Source: Alphaproteobacteria bacterium
GTDB taxonomy: Bacteria > Pseudomonadota > Alphaproteobacteria > CADEGL01
Assembly (NCBI GenBank): GCA_963583595.1
Contig: CAUZWC010000003.1
Span: 1 to 33,482 of the forward strand
Length of the DNA: 33,482 nt
Direction of reading: 5' to 3'
The notes under the pieces are model-generated. The model did not search any database. It saw nothing but the letters and a program-made list of their open reading frames with translations, and was not told the origin of the DNA. Below, one piece after another: positions 17,945 to 26,881 of this stretch. The translations under genes were made by a program, and so were the position numbers. Position 1 is the stretch's first letter. Each line of letters starts with the position of its first letter.

Positions 17945-19336
17945 CTACTCCACCATGCCTTGGACCGGCCGCCAATCGCGGATTATCGTCTCGGCCCGGT
18001 CGAGTTCCGCTGCCGAGAGGGTCGCGGCCAGGGCGCGGCCCCGATCGGCCGCCTGGGCCATGCCCGCCGTGGCGGCCAGGCCGAACCACATCAGGGCCTG
18101 AACCTTGTCGGGCGCGATGCCGTCGCCGGATTCCAAGGTCCAGCCATAGTTGAACTGGGCGACGGAATCGCCGCGCGCGGCGGCATGGCCCAACCATTCG
18201 GCGGCGCGGGCCGGGTCGCGGTCGACGCCGATGCCCTCGGCATAGAGATAGGCCAGATTGTTCATGGCGGGGGCGAAGCCCTGCTGTGCCGCGCTGCGGA
18301 ACCAGCGCGCGGCTTCGATTCCGTCCCGGGTCACGCCATGGCCTTTTTCGTAGAGCACGCCGAGCATGGTCTGGGCTCTGAAATAGCCCCGGTCGGCCGC
18401 CTTGCGCAGCCATGCGACCGCGCCCTCCGGATCTTCGGCGGTGCCCCGGCCGGCCAGCATCAGATTGGCCAGATTGTATTGGGCCGTCAGATCGCCCTGT
18501 TCGGCCGCCAGGCCATAGAGCCGTGCCGCTTCCGCTTCGTCCTTGGCGACCCCGTCGCCCGCTTCGTAGAGGCGGCCCAGATTGGCCTGGGCGCGGGCAA
18601 GCCCGGCCTCCGCCGCCCGGCGGTACCAGACCGCTGCTTCTGTCCGGTTCTGGGGAATGCCCGATCCCTCGTCGAGCATGGTGGCCAGATTGAATTGGGC
18701 CAGGGGGAAGCCGCTCTCGGTCGCCGCGCGGTACCAGCGGACGGCCTGGACCGGGTCGCGCGCCACCCCCTCGCCCTTCTCGTAGAGCCGGCCGAGTTCG
18801 ACCTGGGCCGGCGGGTATCCCGTCTCGGCGGCGCGCCGGCACCACTCCCGCGCCGCCGCGGCATCCTTCTCGACCCCCCAACCGCGCCGATGGAAGATCG
18901 CCAGAGCGGTCATCGATTCGGCATGGCCCGCTTGGGCCGCCTGACGCAGAAGATCGGCCGCCTGGCGATAATCCTGGCGCACGCCCGTCCCGTCCCGATA
19001 CATGCCGGCGAGATGAAACAGACCGTAGGGTCTGCCCGCCGCGGCGGCCTGGGAGAAGAGGGCGATGGCACGCTGCTCGTCGCGCGCCACCCCCTCGCCA
19101 TGCAGATGCATCAGGCCGAGATTGGTCATCGCATCGGCATTGCCCGCGTCGGCCAGACTCTCGAAGCCCTGCGCGGCGGTGGTGAAATCGCCTCGATCAT
19201 AGGCGGCGAGGGCTTCGTCGAAGGCTCCTCCGGCGGCCACGGGCGCCGCCGCCACGAGAGAAATCAGGGCGAGGGCAAAGACCCGCCGCAGCCGGACGCG
19301 TGCCACCGCTGTGCCGGAACTAGAGCGAAATGCCAT
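17945..19336 (-). CDS. Exported Sel1-like repeat protein (about 10 SLRs)
   Basis: 36-aa repeats A..NLG.LY..G.GV..D...A..W.R.AA..G counted 10 times; signal peptide ending VAA. Start uncertain. Confidence 0.92.
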   Translation of the reverse strand: MAFRSSSGTAVARVRLRRVFALALISLVAAAPVAAGGAFDEALAAYDRGDFTTAAQGFESLADAGNADAMTNLGLMHLHGEGVARDEQRAIALFSQAAAAGRPYGLFHLAGMYRDGTGVRQDYRQAADLLRQAAQAGHAESMTALAIFHRRGWGVEKDAAAAREWCRRAAETGYPPAQVELGRLYEKGEGVARDPVQAVRWYRAATESGFPLAQFNLATMLDEGSGIPQNRTEAAVWYRRAAEAGLARAQANLGRLYEAGDGVAKDEAEAARLYGLAAEQGDLTAQYNLANLMLAGRGTAEDPEGAVAWLRKAADRGYFRAQTMLGVLYEKGHGVTRDGIEAARWFRSAAQQGFAPAMNNLAYLYAEGIGVDRDPARAAEWLGHAAARGDSVAQFNYGWTLESGDGIAPDKVQALMWFGLAATAGMAQAADRGRALAATLSAAELDRAETIIRDWRPVQGMVE

Positions 19337-20000
19337 GGGCATCGAAGGCGCGCCGCCATTTGCTCGCATAGTCGCGGTCGAACAGGATCGCTTCCTCCGC
19401 GCTGGAGGTCACCCAATCCTCGGCCGCCATTTCGCTTTCGAGTTGGCCGGGCGCCCAGCCCGCATAGCCGAAGGCGATCAGATAGCGGCGCGGGCCGCGC
19501 CCTTCGGCGATGGCGCGCAGGATCGCCCGGCCGGGTGCCATTGCGTAGCGGCCATCGACCGGAATCGTCGCGGCATCGGCATAGTCGGCCGTGTGCAGGA
19601 CGAAGCCGGATCGGGGATCGCCCGGGCCGCCGTAATGCAGCAGGGCATGGCCTTCCGGCGCATCGTCGGTTTCGACCCCGACCTCGGCCAAAAAGGCGTC
19701 GAAATCCTGGGCCATGGCGAGGCGGTTGACGATCAGGCCGAAACTCCCTTCGCGGTTATGCTCGACCATATAGATCACGGTTTCGGCGAAGCGCGGGTCG
19801 GCCATGCGGGGCGCAGCCAACAGAAACAGGCCCGCGACACTTGCGCTGGTGCCCGCGCTATCTTTGTCGGGTCCGGGCACCGGGCTGGCCCCGACCGCAC
19901 CGACCAATACCGAACCCGTGAGGACTGTAAGGGCGAAGCCCAGGGCCGCCGCCAGCCGGCGGCCCTGGTTCGCTATCCTGTCGCGCGGTCCGCTAGCCAC
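19320..20000 (-). CDS. YqgE/AlgH family protein with N-terminal hydrophobic extension
   Basis: LLAAP.MADPRF.ETVIYM.EH, GLIVNR, GGP, GFVLH, GYAGWAPGQLE.E. GTG at 20000 is preceded by GGAG. Confidence 0.88.
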   Translation of the reverse strand: MASGPRDRIANQGRRLAAALGFALTVLTGSVLVGAVGASPVPGPDKDSAGTSASVAGLFLLAAPRMADPRFAETVIYMVEHNREGSFGLIVNRLAMAQDFDAFLAEVGVETDDAPEGHALLHYGGPGDPRSGFVLHTADYADAATIPVDGRYAMAPGRAILRAIAEGRGPRRYLIAFGYAGWAPGQLESEMAAEDWVTSSAEEAILFDRDYASKWRRAFDAHGISL

Positions 20001-20008
20001 GGTCTCCG

Positions 20009-20359
20009 TCAGCTTGTCGGTGGAGCCGCCGTCTTGGCGGGATATTTGGCGTAGAACAGCTGGGCCTCGCTGTCCGTTTCCATGGTGAAGGTCGTGTTGG
20101 CGGGTATCCAGATGGTATCGCCGGGTCCGCACTCGTAAGTGTCATCGCCCGAGCGGGTGCGGTAATGGCCGGACAGCACGACGATAATCTCATCGAAATC
20201 GATGGTCGACTGGACCTTGGTCTCGGTCATCTTGAGATAGCCGCAGCCCATGGTCTCGCTGACCGTTTCGTCTACCGTGCGGGTGATCATCGTGGTTGGG
20301 TCGTCACGCCAGGCGAACGCCTTGCCCTCGCCCTGTCGGTACCGCAGAACCCTGCCCAT
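20009..20359 (-). CDS. Cupin-fold protein (EutQ-like)
   Basis: MGCGY, FDEIIVVLSG, GPGDTIWIP; AGGGAGAG RBS. Confidence 0.85.
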   Translation of the reverse strand: MGRVLRYRQGEGKAFAWRDDPTTMITRTVDETVSETMGCGYLKMTETKVQSTIDFDEIIVVLSGHYRTRSGDDTYECGPGDTIWIPANTTFTMETDSEAQLFYAKYPAKTAAPPTS

Positions 20360-20482
20360 GGGCCGTCTCTCCCTCTATCTGATTTTGCTTCGAGGCCCCG
20401 GCCTATCGCCGCGTTCCTCTCCCTCACCGCAGCATATCCGCCGGCCGTTCGGGCGACAATCGGGCCTTCCGTGCCGGGTGTC

Positions 20483-21232
20483 TTAGGGCAGGGCGCTGAC
20501 CCCGCCATCCACGATCAGCTCGGTGCCGGTGATGAAGGAGGCCGAATCGGACAGCAGAAAAAGGCAGGCTGCCGACTGATCTTCGGGCCGCCCGATACGG
20601 CCCAGCGGCACGCTCGCCGCGACCTGTGCCTGGGTCGCCTCCTCGCCCTCCCAGCGCGCCTGCATGGGGGTCATGGTCGGCCCCGGATAGATGACGTTCG
20701 AGCGAATCCCGTCGCCCGCGAACTGGATGGCGATGGATTTCGACAGGGCGACGAGGGCGGCCTTGGAGGCCTGATAGGCGTCCTGCGGCCTGGTATCGCC
20801 GCGCAGGCATTGGATGGTCGAGACATGCACCATTGAGCCGCCGCCCGTCGCCTTCATGGCGGGCACGGCGGCGCGCACCGTATGGACGGCGGATTTGAGA
20901 TTGATCGCCATGACCTCGTCCCAGACATCGAGATCGATCTCGACGGCCGAGCGGTCGCGGTCGAACCACAACACGCCGGCGGCGTTGACCAGATGATCCA
21001 GCCGGCCCCAGCTTTCGTGGAAGCCGCCGATCGCCGCCGCGACCGCCTGGGCATCGGTTAGGTCGATGCGGGCGTATTCCGCGTGTCCGGGGCCCATCGG
21101 CAGGGGGTCGGGCCGTTCCTTGATGTCGACCATCAGGACATTGGCGCCCTGGGCGCAGAGTTCCGCGGCGATGGTCCAGCCCATGCCGCCGCCCGCCCCG
21201 GTGACGACCGCGGCCCTCGCTTCGAAACTCAT
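20483..21232 (-). CDS. SDR oxidoreductase
   Basis: TGAGGGMG, LVNAAG, YQASK, PGPT.TP, FITG.EL.VDGG. Start reassigned to MSFEAR (21232). Confidence 0.92.
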   Translation of the reverse strand: MSFEARAAVVTGAGGGMGWTIAAELCAQGANVLMVDIKERPDPLPMGPGHAEYARIDLTDAQAVAAAIGGFHESWGRLDHLVNAAGVLWFDRDRSAVEIDLDVWDEVMAINLKSAVHTVRAAVPAMKATGGGSMVHVSTIQCLRGDTRPQDAYQASKAALVALSKSIAIQFAGDGIRSNVIYPGPTMTPMQARWEGEEATQAQVAASVPLGRIGRPEDQSAACLFLLSDSASFITGTELIVDGGVSALP

Positions 21233-21261
21233 TCTTCGCTCTCCGCGATCCGTTCCGTCGA

Positions 21262-22041
21262 TCAGATGCCGACGATGGCCTCGCCGCCGTTCGGACTCAA
21301 GACCTGGCCGGTGATGAAAGCCGATTCGTCCGAGGCCAGGAAGACGGCGGCCTCGGCGATTTCCTCGGGCTCGGCATAGCGACCGAAGGGGATGCGGGTT
21401 TCGGAGACCATGCGCATCCGTTCGGACCCTCGGAGCGTCGTGGCCGGGGTCCGGACATGGCCGGGAGCAAGACAGTTGACCCGGATGTTCCAGGGCGCCA
21501 GTTCCTTCGCCCAGGCCTTGGTCAGGCCGATGATTCCGGCCTTGGCCGCGTTGTAATGGGGGTCGGTGTCGTCGGCGATCATGCCGTTGATCGACGAGAT
21601 ATTGACGATCGCCCCGCCGCCCAGGGCTTTCATGCCGGGAATCACGGCCTTGCCGCAGAGAAAACAGCCGAGCAGATGGATATCGAACATGCGGTCGAAA
21701 CTCGCCTCGTCGATCTCTTCCGTTTTCTTGCCCTCGTCTATGCCGGCATTGTTGATCAGGATCGCGATCGGCCCGGCCGCTGCGACGGCCGCCTCGATCG
21801 CCGCGCCGTCGCGCACGTCGAAAACGGCGGCGCTGGCCAGTCCGCCGATGCTCTCGATAAGCTGCACGGTCTCGGCCGCGCCCGTCTCGCTGATATCGTT
21901 GACCAGGATCGCCGCACCGCACCGCGCCAGCGCCAGGGCATAGGCCCGGCCCAGCCCGGCCCCGGCCCCTGTCACCAAGGCCGTCCGACCCGCGAGGGAG
22001 CGCGGCGAGGTGCGCTCCCTCTCATGCGGTTCCTTCGTCAT
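21262..22041 (-). CDS. SDR oxidoreductase (FabG-like)
   Basis: TGAGAGLG, NNAG, NISS, YNAAKAG, ITGQVLSPNGG. Start MTKEPH with AAGGAG RBS. Confidence 0.92.
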   Translation of the reverse strand: MTKEPHERERTSPRSLAGRTALVTGAGAGLGRAYALALARCGAAILVNDISETGAAETVQLIESIGGLASAAVFDVRDGAAIEAAVAAAGPIAILINNAGIDEGKKTEEIDEASFDRMFDIHLLGCFLCGKAVIPGMKALGGGAIVNISSINGMIADDTDPHYNAAKAGIIGLTKAWAKELAPWNIRVNCLAPGHVRTPATTLRGSERMRMVSETRIPFGRYAEPEEIAEAAVFLASDESAFITGQVLSPNGGEAIVGI

Positions 22042-22206
22042 GCCGCCACTCCTTCCCAGGCGCTGCGGGATCGCGGGCCCTGCGCCAACGAAAATGGGGC
22101 GGCGTTGCCGCCGCCTAAGGGGCTTTCTCAGCGCTAGGCATGGGCCGCGCGGGGTGTCACTGTCAATTCCTTCGACACCGCCGCCACCCCGTTCGGCCAA
22201 TTCTTC

Positions 22207-23139
22207 GTGAGCCAGCTTCCGTCATCCGCCGTTTCGTCCGAGGCCCGCCACGAGCCGTTGCGGGCGATTGTCTTGATTCTGATCACCTTGAGCCTGTTTC
22301 CGATCATGGATTCGGGCGCCAAGTACCTGGTCCAGAACGGCTACGATTTCGTCCAGGTGGTCTGGGCGCGCTATGTCTTCCATGTCGCGGCCACGCTGGT
22401 CTTTCTGGTTTCGTCGCGGCGCCGGCTCTGGCTGCGCCTGCCCCGGGGGCCGGGCCTGCAACTCATCCGCGCCGTTCTGCTCATGGGTGCGACGGCGCTG
22501 TTCTTCGCCGCCTTGCGGGTGATAGATCTTGCCGAGGCGGTCGCGGTGAATTTCGTCGCGCCCTTGATGGTCGTGGTTTTTTCAGTGGTCCTGCTGGGCG
22601 AGAAGGTGGGGCCTCGGCGCTGGGCCGCAGTCGGGGTCGGCTTCCTCGCTATCCTGATCATCCTGCGGCCGGGGACGGGGGTCTTCCAATGGGCCTCGCT
22701 GCTGGTGGTCGGGGCGGCGGCCTGCAACGCCCTGCACCAACTCGTCACCCGCAAGCTCAGCGTGATCGACCATCCGATGACGACTCTGTTCATCTCCGGT
22801 CTGGTCGGCGCGGTCTGCCTCAGTGCGATCGTGCCGTTCCATTGGCACGATCCCGATCTTCTGGGCTGGGGCTTGATGGCGGGAATCGGCATCCTCGGCG
22901 CCATGTCCCACTACACGCTGATCCGCGCTTTCCAGTACGCGCCGGCCTCCATGCTCGCCCCCTTCGGCTATACCCAGATCGTGGTCGCGACGGCGATCGG
23001 CTATGTCGTTTTCGATAATTTTCCGGATCTCTGGACGATCCTGGGGGCGCTTCTCATCATCGCCTCGGGTCTCTATGTCGCCTATCGCGAGGCGATCACG
23101 CGGCGGCTGACCCGGTCCCGGGCCGAGGTCGGATCGTGA
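22207..23139 (+). CDS. DMT (EamA) family transporter
   Basis: 10 hydrophobic segments, QVVWARY, LGEKVGPRRW, LAPFGYTQI. Confidence 0.92.
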   Translation: MSQLPSSAVSSEARHEPLRAIVLILITLSLFPIMDSGAKYLVQNGYDFVQVVWARYVFHVAATLVFLVSSRRRLWLRLPRGPGLQLIRAVLLMGATALFFAALRVIDLAEAVAVNFVAPLMVVVFSVVLLGEKVGPRRWAAVGVGFLAILIILRPGTGVFQWASLLVVGAAACNALHQLVTRKLSVIDHPMTTLFISGLVGAVCLSAIVPFHWHDPDLLGWGLMAGIGILGAMSHYTLIRAFQYAPASMLAPFGYTQIVVATAIGYVVFDNFPDLWTILGALLIIASGLYVAYREAITRRLTRSRAEVGS

Positions 23140-24017
23140 CCGGCTCCACGGCACGGCCCACGGCGGCTCCAGCACGTGCGGCGTTGTTCATGCTGGGCGC
23201 GGTCGCGCTGTTCACCCTGATGGACGTCTTCGCCAAGGCGATGGCCGATCATTTCCACACCGTTCAGATCGTCTGGGCGCGTTACGCTTTCCATATCGCC
23301 ATCCTCTTCGTCCTCATGCCCCGCCGCCTGATCCGAGTCTATGGGCGGACCGGCAACGCCCGGCTCCAAGTGCTGCGTGGCGCGCTGATCCTGGGCGCGA
23401 CCAGCATCTTCTTCACGGCGCTGGGCTATGTGCCGCTGGCGGATGCGGTCGCCGTCGACATGCTGGCGCCGCTTTTCGTCGTCGCCCTGTCGATTCCGAT
23501 CCTAGGCGAAAAGGTTGGGCCGCGGCGCTGGGTCGCGGTCGTTGTGGGGTTCCTGGGCGCGATGGTCGTGATCCGGCCGGGCCTGGGCGCGGTGCATCCG
23601 GCCGCCATGCTGATCGTGGTCTCGACCGCGCTGTTCGCGCTTTATCAAGTCGTCACCCGCTTGCTCTCCACGGCCGACCACCCCCTCACCACCCTGCTCT
23701 ATACCGGTGGCACCGGCGTGGCGGTGCTGAGCTTCGTGGTGCCCTTCGTCTGGCGCGACGCCGGCCTCGAGGGCTGGCTTCTGATGATCGGCATCGGCGC
23801 GGTCGGCTGCGCCTCCAATTTCCTGATCATCAAGGCCTTCGAACTGGCCCAGGCGTCCTTCCTGGCGCCGTTTGTCTACAGCCAGATCGTCACGGGCACG
23901 CTCTTCGGTCTCTTCTTCTTCGGCGATTTTCCCGATGCCTATACCCTGTGCGGCGCGGGCCTCATCGTGGCCAGCGGTCTCTACATCATTTGGCGTGAAA
24001 GCCGTGCCGATGCATGA
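23136..24017 (+). CDS. DMT (EamA) family transporter, paralogue of the upstream gene
   Basis: QIVWARY, LGEKVGPRRW, LAPFVYSQI; GTGA overlap with the upstream stop. Confidence 0.92.
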   Translation: MTGSTARPTAAPARAALFMLGAVALFTLMDVFAKAMADHFHTVQIVWARYAFHIAILFVLMPRRLIRVYGRTGNARLQVLRGALILGATSIFFTALGYVPLADAVAVDMLAPLFVVALSIPILGEKVGPRRWVAVVVGFLGAMVVIRPGLGAVHPAAMLIVVSTALFALYQVVTRLLSTADHPLTTLLYTGGTGVAVLSFVVPFVWRDAGLEGWLLMIGIGAVGCASNFLIIKAFELAQASFLAPFVYSQIVTGTLFGLFFFGDFPDAYTLCGAGLIVASGLYIIWRESRADA

Positions 24018-24072
24018 CGCGCCCGCGCCCCTGGTCTAGGCTTCGTCCGCAACTGGTGATGAGGGAGAATCC

Positions 24073-24780
24073 ATGAGCAAGCCGTTGAACAAATCGGAGA
24101 TCGAGTCGCTTCGGGCGATCGACACGCCGACGATCTGCAATCTACTTGAGATGGTGGCGCCGGAACGCCGGGGTGTCGGCTATACGACGCGCCAGCTCAA
24201 CTGCGTCTTTCCGGAATTGAAGCCGATGTGCGGCTATGCGCGCACGGCGCTGGTGCGGGCGAAGGAGCCTGGTCCGCTGGCGGCCGACGACTACATGAAG
24301 ATGCGCTTTAAATATGTCGAATATGTCGGCTCCGGACCGTCGCCGAAGATCAGCCTTGTGCAGGATCTGGACGACCTGCCGGGCTACGGCTCGTTCTGGG
24401 GCGAGGTGAACTCGAACGTGCACAAGGCGCTGGGATGCCAGGGCGTGGTGACGAACGGCAGCGTGCGCGATCTGGACATGATCGCGGAGGATTTCCAGCT
24501 TCTCTCCGGCGTGATCGCGCCGAGCCATGCCTTCATCCATCTGGTCGATTTCGATTGCCCGGTGAACATCCACGGGATGCTGGTGCATTCCGGGGACCTG
24601 GTGCATGCCGACCGCCATGGTGCGGTGGTGATCCCGCACGAGGTCGCGCGCGAGGTGCCCGAGGCATTGGACCTGATGCAGCGCCGCGAGGCGGTCGTGA
24701 TCAACGCGTCGCGGGACCCGAAGTTCACGGTCGAAAAGCTGAAGAAGGCCTATGCTGCGGGCGCCAAAATAAAGAAATAG
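24073..24780 (+). CDS. RraA / HMG-aldolase family protein
   Basis: DTPTICN, WGEV, VTNGSVRD, GDLVHADRHGAVVIP; AGGGAG RBS. Confidence 0.9.
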   Translation: MSKPLNKSEIESLRAIDTPTICNLLEMVAPERRGVGYTTRQLNCVFPELKPMCGYARTALVRAKEPGPLAADDYMKMRFKYVEYVGSGPSPKISLVQDLDDLPGYGSFWGEVNSNVHKALGCQGVVTNGSVRDLDMIAEDFQLLSGVIAPSHAFIHLVDFDCPVNIHGMLVHSGDLVHADRHGAVVIPHEVAREVPEALDLMQRREAVVINASRDPKFTVEKLKKAYAAGAKIKK

Positions 24781-24978
24781 CCCCGCCTTGGAATATGAGG
24801 CGACGATGGGCGGAATGTGATGGTCGGCTGGGCTAGCCGATTAGTTAGAGTCCGGGCGGGTCCATTGGGTTCCATAAAACCCCCGCGTTCCGCCCGGATT
24901 TCCGCGATAAATAGTCTAGCATCGTCCGCTTGAGCCCAGTATTATCCGGAAATTAAGTGTAGGATAGGGCAGAGCCTG

Positions 24979-25098
24979 ATGGTCCGTCAGACAAACAGCC
25001 TATCCGCGATTGCTGTTTGGAACGCCAAGCGGCCGGGCCTCTACGGCGACGGTGCGTGTCAATGTCGGCAGCAAAACCAGCCACGATTTGGAGGGTGA
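24979..25098 (+). pseudogene. N-terminal remnant of a P4-like tyrosine integrase (arm-binding domain)
   Basis: MVRQTNSLSAIAVWNAKRPGLYGDG resembles the M.R..NKLS...V..AK.PG.Y.DG.GL start of these integrases. Similarity is lost after about 25053 and the frame stops at codon 40. Confidence 0.65.
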
Positions 25099-25216
25099 TC
25101 CGAGCGAAGGTGGGTCCCAATGCCAATCGGTGCTTGATCGTTGGAAACATCTTTTAACCCGGGGAAACTGGCGCTAGCGTAGCGGCCTCGTTCCGGCCCT
25201 CGGGAATTGGCGATTC

Positions 25217-26458
25217 ATGCCTCTCGGCCTGCTGAAATACGGTTTCTCCAAGCGCCATCCGGCGCCGCGCGCCCTGCCGCCGCGGCCGGAGCTGAAGGAC
25301 TCCTACGACGTGGTGATCGTCGGTGGGGGCGGGCATGGCCTGGCCGCCGCCTATTACCTGTCGAAATATCACGGCATCACGAATATCGCGGTGATCGACA
25401 AGGGCTATCTCGCCGGCGGCAACACGGCGCGCAACACGGCGATCATCCGCTCTAACTACCTGACGCCGGAGGGGGTGCGCTTCTACGACGAGAGCGTGCG
25501 GCTGTACCAGGGCCTGTCGAACGAGTTCGACTTCAACATCCTCTATTCCGAGCGCGGCCATCTGACCCTGGCCCATACCGACGCCTCCTTGCGGACGATG
25601 CGCTGGCGGGCCGAGGTCAACCAGCATTGCGGCGTCGATTCGGAGCTGATCTTCCCGGACGAGATCGCGCGGCTCGCGCCGTCGCTCAACCTGTCGCGCG
25701 ATGTGCGCCACCCGATCCTGGGCGCGCTTCATCACAAGCCGGGCGCCATCGCGCGCCATGACGCGGTCGCCTGGGGCTATGCCATCGGGGCGGCCTCGCG
25801 CGGGGTCGAGTTGCACACGCGCACCGAGGTCACGGGTTTCGGCATCGAGGGCGGCGCGGTGACGAGTGTCGTGACCGACCGGGGCACCGTGCGCTGCGGC
25901 GCGGTGCTGCAGGCGGTCGCGGGATCGAGCTCGCGGGTCGCGGCCCTGGCCGGCTTCAAGCTGCCGATCCGCACGGTGCCGCTCCAGGCCTGCGTGTCCC
26001 AGCCGCTCAAGCCTTTCCTCGATCCGATCGTCGTGTCCGGTAGCCTGCATTGCTATATCTCGCAAAGCAGTCGGGGCGAGCTGGTGATGGGCGGCTCGGT
26101 CGATCCCTATTCGCTCTACCAGCAGCGCTCGACCCTCGATTTCAAGGAGGGGCTGATGGCCAATATGCTGGAGCTCTTCCCCTTCCTCTCCGGGGTCAAG
26201 CTGCTGCGCCAATGGGCTGGCATCGCCGATATGACGCCCGATTTCAGCCCGGTCATGGGCGAGACGCCGATCCGCAACTACTGGCTCGATTCGGGCTGGG
26301 GCACCTGGGGCTTCAAGGCCACGCCGGTCTGCGGCAAGCGCATGGCCGAGACCATCGCCACGGGCAAGGTGCCCGAAATTCTCGATCCCTTCCGCCTCGA
26401 CCGGTTCGAACGCTTCGACCTGGTGGGCGAGGGCGGCGCGGCCTCGGTCGGGCATTAG
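25217..26458 (+). CDS. mgdA: N-methylglutamate dehydrogenase subunit A (sarcosine oxidase beta-like)
   Basis: YDVVIVGGGGHGLA.AYYL, GGNT.RNT.IIRSNY, ARHDAVAWGYA, GWGTWGFKATP; linked to mgsABC. Confidence 0.88.
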   Translation: MPLGLLKYGFSKRHPAPRALPPRPELKDSYDVVIVGGGGHGLAAAYYLSKYHGITNIAVIDKGYLAGGNTARNTAIIRSNYLTPEGVRFYDESVRLYQGLSNEFDFNILYSERGHLTLAHTDASLRTMRWRAEVNQHCGVDSELIFPDEIARLAPSLNLSRDVRHPILGALHHKPGAIARHDAVAWGYAIGAASRGVELHTRTEVTGFGIEGGAVTSVVTDRGTVRCGAVLQAVAGSSSRVAALAGFKLPIRTVPLQACVSQPLKPFLDPIVVSGSLHCYISQSSRGELVMGGSVDPYSLYQQRSTLDFKEGLMANMLELFPFLSGVKLLRQWAGIADMTPDFSPVMGETPIRNYWLDSGWGTWGFKATPVCGKRMAETIATGKVPEILDPFRLDRFERFDLVGEGGAASVGH

Positions 26459-26491
26459 GGGAAGGGCCATGAGAAAGTCAGTCGTGTCGCC

Positions 26492-26555
26492 GGCCCTCAT
26501 ACTTCGACAAGCTCAGCACGAGGGCCTCACCCTGAGCTTGTCGAAGGGCGAGGCC
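26492..26555. repeat. REP-like palindromic element
   Basis: Perfect 15-bp inverted repeat CTTCGACAAGCTCAG (26502-26516) / CTGAGCTTGTCGAAG (26532-26546), within the mgdA-mgdB spacer. Confidence 0.88.
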
Positions 26556-26581
26556 CGGGGCACCGAGTTTGGAGCGGCGCG

Positions 26582-26881
26582 ATGAAACTCATGCCCTGCC
26601 CGCTGAACGGGCCGCGCAACATCACCGAATTCGCCTGCGCGGGCGAGGTCAAGGTTATGCCCGACCCGGCCAAGGCGAGCGACGGGGACTGGGGCGGTTA
26701 CGTCTTCCTGCGCGAGAATGCGGCCGGGGTGGTGCGCGAATGGTGGTGCCATACACCCACCGCTTTCTGGTTCATCGCCGAGCGCAACACCCTGACCGAC
26801 GAGATCCTGCGTACCTATCCCGCCAGCGAGCTGTTCAAGGACCGGGTCGAGTTCGCCGCGCGCGACGAGGACGGCACATGA
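26582..26881 (+). CDS. mgdB: N-methylglutamate dehydrogenase subunit B (sarcosine oxidase delta-like)
   Basis: MKLMPCPLNGPRNITEF, EWWCH.PT..WFIAERNT.TDEI; GGAG RBS. Confidence 0.9.
   Translation: MKLMPCPLNGPRNITEFACAGEVKVMPDPAKASDGDWGGYVFLRENAAGVVREWWCHTPTAFWFIAERNTLTDEILRTYPASELFKDRVEFAARDEDGT

Noticed and set aside
17945-19336. 108-bp periodicity as a CRISPR array or DNA tandem repeat
   Set aside because: It is explained by protein-level Sel1 repeats; there are no identical DNA repeats with unique spacers.
24781-24978. tRNA, tmRNA or riboswitch as the integration target or regulator
   Set aside because: Hairpins are present, but I see no cloverleaf, no TTCGA T-loop with CCA end, and no riboswitch consensus I recognise. 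An Rfam scan would be decisive.
24953-25150. 65-aa minus-strand ORF as a small protein or toxin
   Set aside because: It has no RBS or motif and lies antisense to the better-supported integrase remnant.
25169-25183. Sigma-54 promoter TGGCGC-N5-TAGC upstream of mgdA
   Set aside because: GG-N10-GC spacing fits, but there are two mismatches to consensus, no enhancer-binding protein nearby, and it could equally be a sigma-70 -10 element.
26569-26877. 1075-aa version of mgdC starting at 26569
   Set aside because: The extension overlaps mgdB in another frame; the ATGA coupling supports a start at 26878.
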